A stretch of 64,000 nt of DNA from Podarcis melisellensis (taxonomy: Eukaryota), in NCBI GenBank assembly GCA_964234715.1, contig OZ174277.1; one strand, 5' to 3'. The notes under the pieces are model-generated. The model did not search any database, was not told the DNA's origin, and worked only from the letters and a program-made list of their open reading frames with translations. Numbering within the stretch: position 1 is the first letter of the stretch; each line of letters starts with the position of its first letter. Shown here piece after piece: positions 63,571 through 64,000 of the stretch. Position numbers and translations under genes: made by a program.

Positions 63571-64000
63571 CTGGAGCAAGAGACATTAAAATGTCTTTCC
63601 CATTGAGTGGTTTCTGCTGCATGTGTGCTTGTATTTTCAGCTATGATGAGATTCTCTTTCTGGCAGTAACTATGAGGCTGATAGAACTGTAAAATGAATA
63701 ATCATGCTGGCTGACTGGCTGGCTGAAAAATAAAGTACTAGCACCACCATATGCTAGAGGTTGGGAAATCTATCAAATACCCAAAGAGCCTGTGAATCCT
63801 GTTTTCTCCGCTTCTCTCTCTGCACTTTATAGTTTTGTTTTTTAACTTACCATCAAGGCTGAGAGATATATGACAGGATATAGTGCTATTAATTTGCCAG
63901 GAAAATGCTAAGATGGTCCAAATGAATTTCTTTTCCTATGTTATAAATTGTGGAGAAGGTAGAAATTCCCCCCTCTACAACAAAAAAAGTTGGGCTTCTT

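Noticed and set aside
1-64000. A novel multi-gene biological system
   Set aside because: No intact genes, operon-like structure or arrays are visible. The content is explained by transposon debris plus unique non-coding DNA.

Overview
AT-rich, repeat-rich vertebrate genomic DNA. It is almost certainly from a squamate reptile, probably a lacertid lizard, judging by four Sauria (Squam1) SINEs, Squam2/Squam3-type SINEs, BovB/RTE, L2 and CR1 LINE fragments, and many Tc1/mariner and hAT MITEs. I can identify no intact cellular protein-coding gene. The short ORFs in the track are chance ORFs or transposon remnants, so the window looks like a large intron or gene desert. The best-supported structures are (1) a decayed Mag-clade Ty3/gypsy LTR retrotransposon (620-4083, minus) carrying nested L2, Sauria SINE and MITE insertions, and (2) a three-layer nest at 54161-55167: a solo LTR containing a Sauria SINE that itself contains a second, related solo LTR, with all three target-site duplications readable. 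Several repeat-free stretches look like enhancers or conserved non-coding elements, and a few have strong splice signals. These include a 75-nt plus-strand exon candidate with stops in all three frames, minus-strand exon pairs near 22.5 kb and 63.5-63.9 kb, and a possible recursive splice site. All of these are unverified hypotheses. I found no evidence of a novel multi-gene system.
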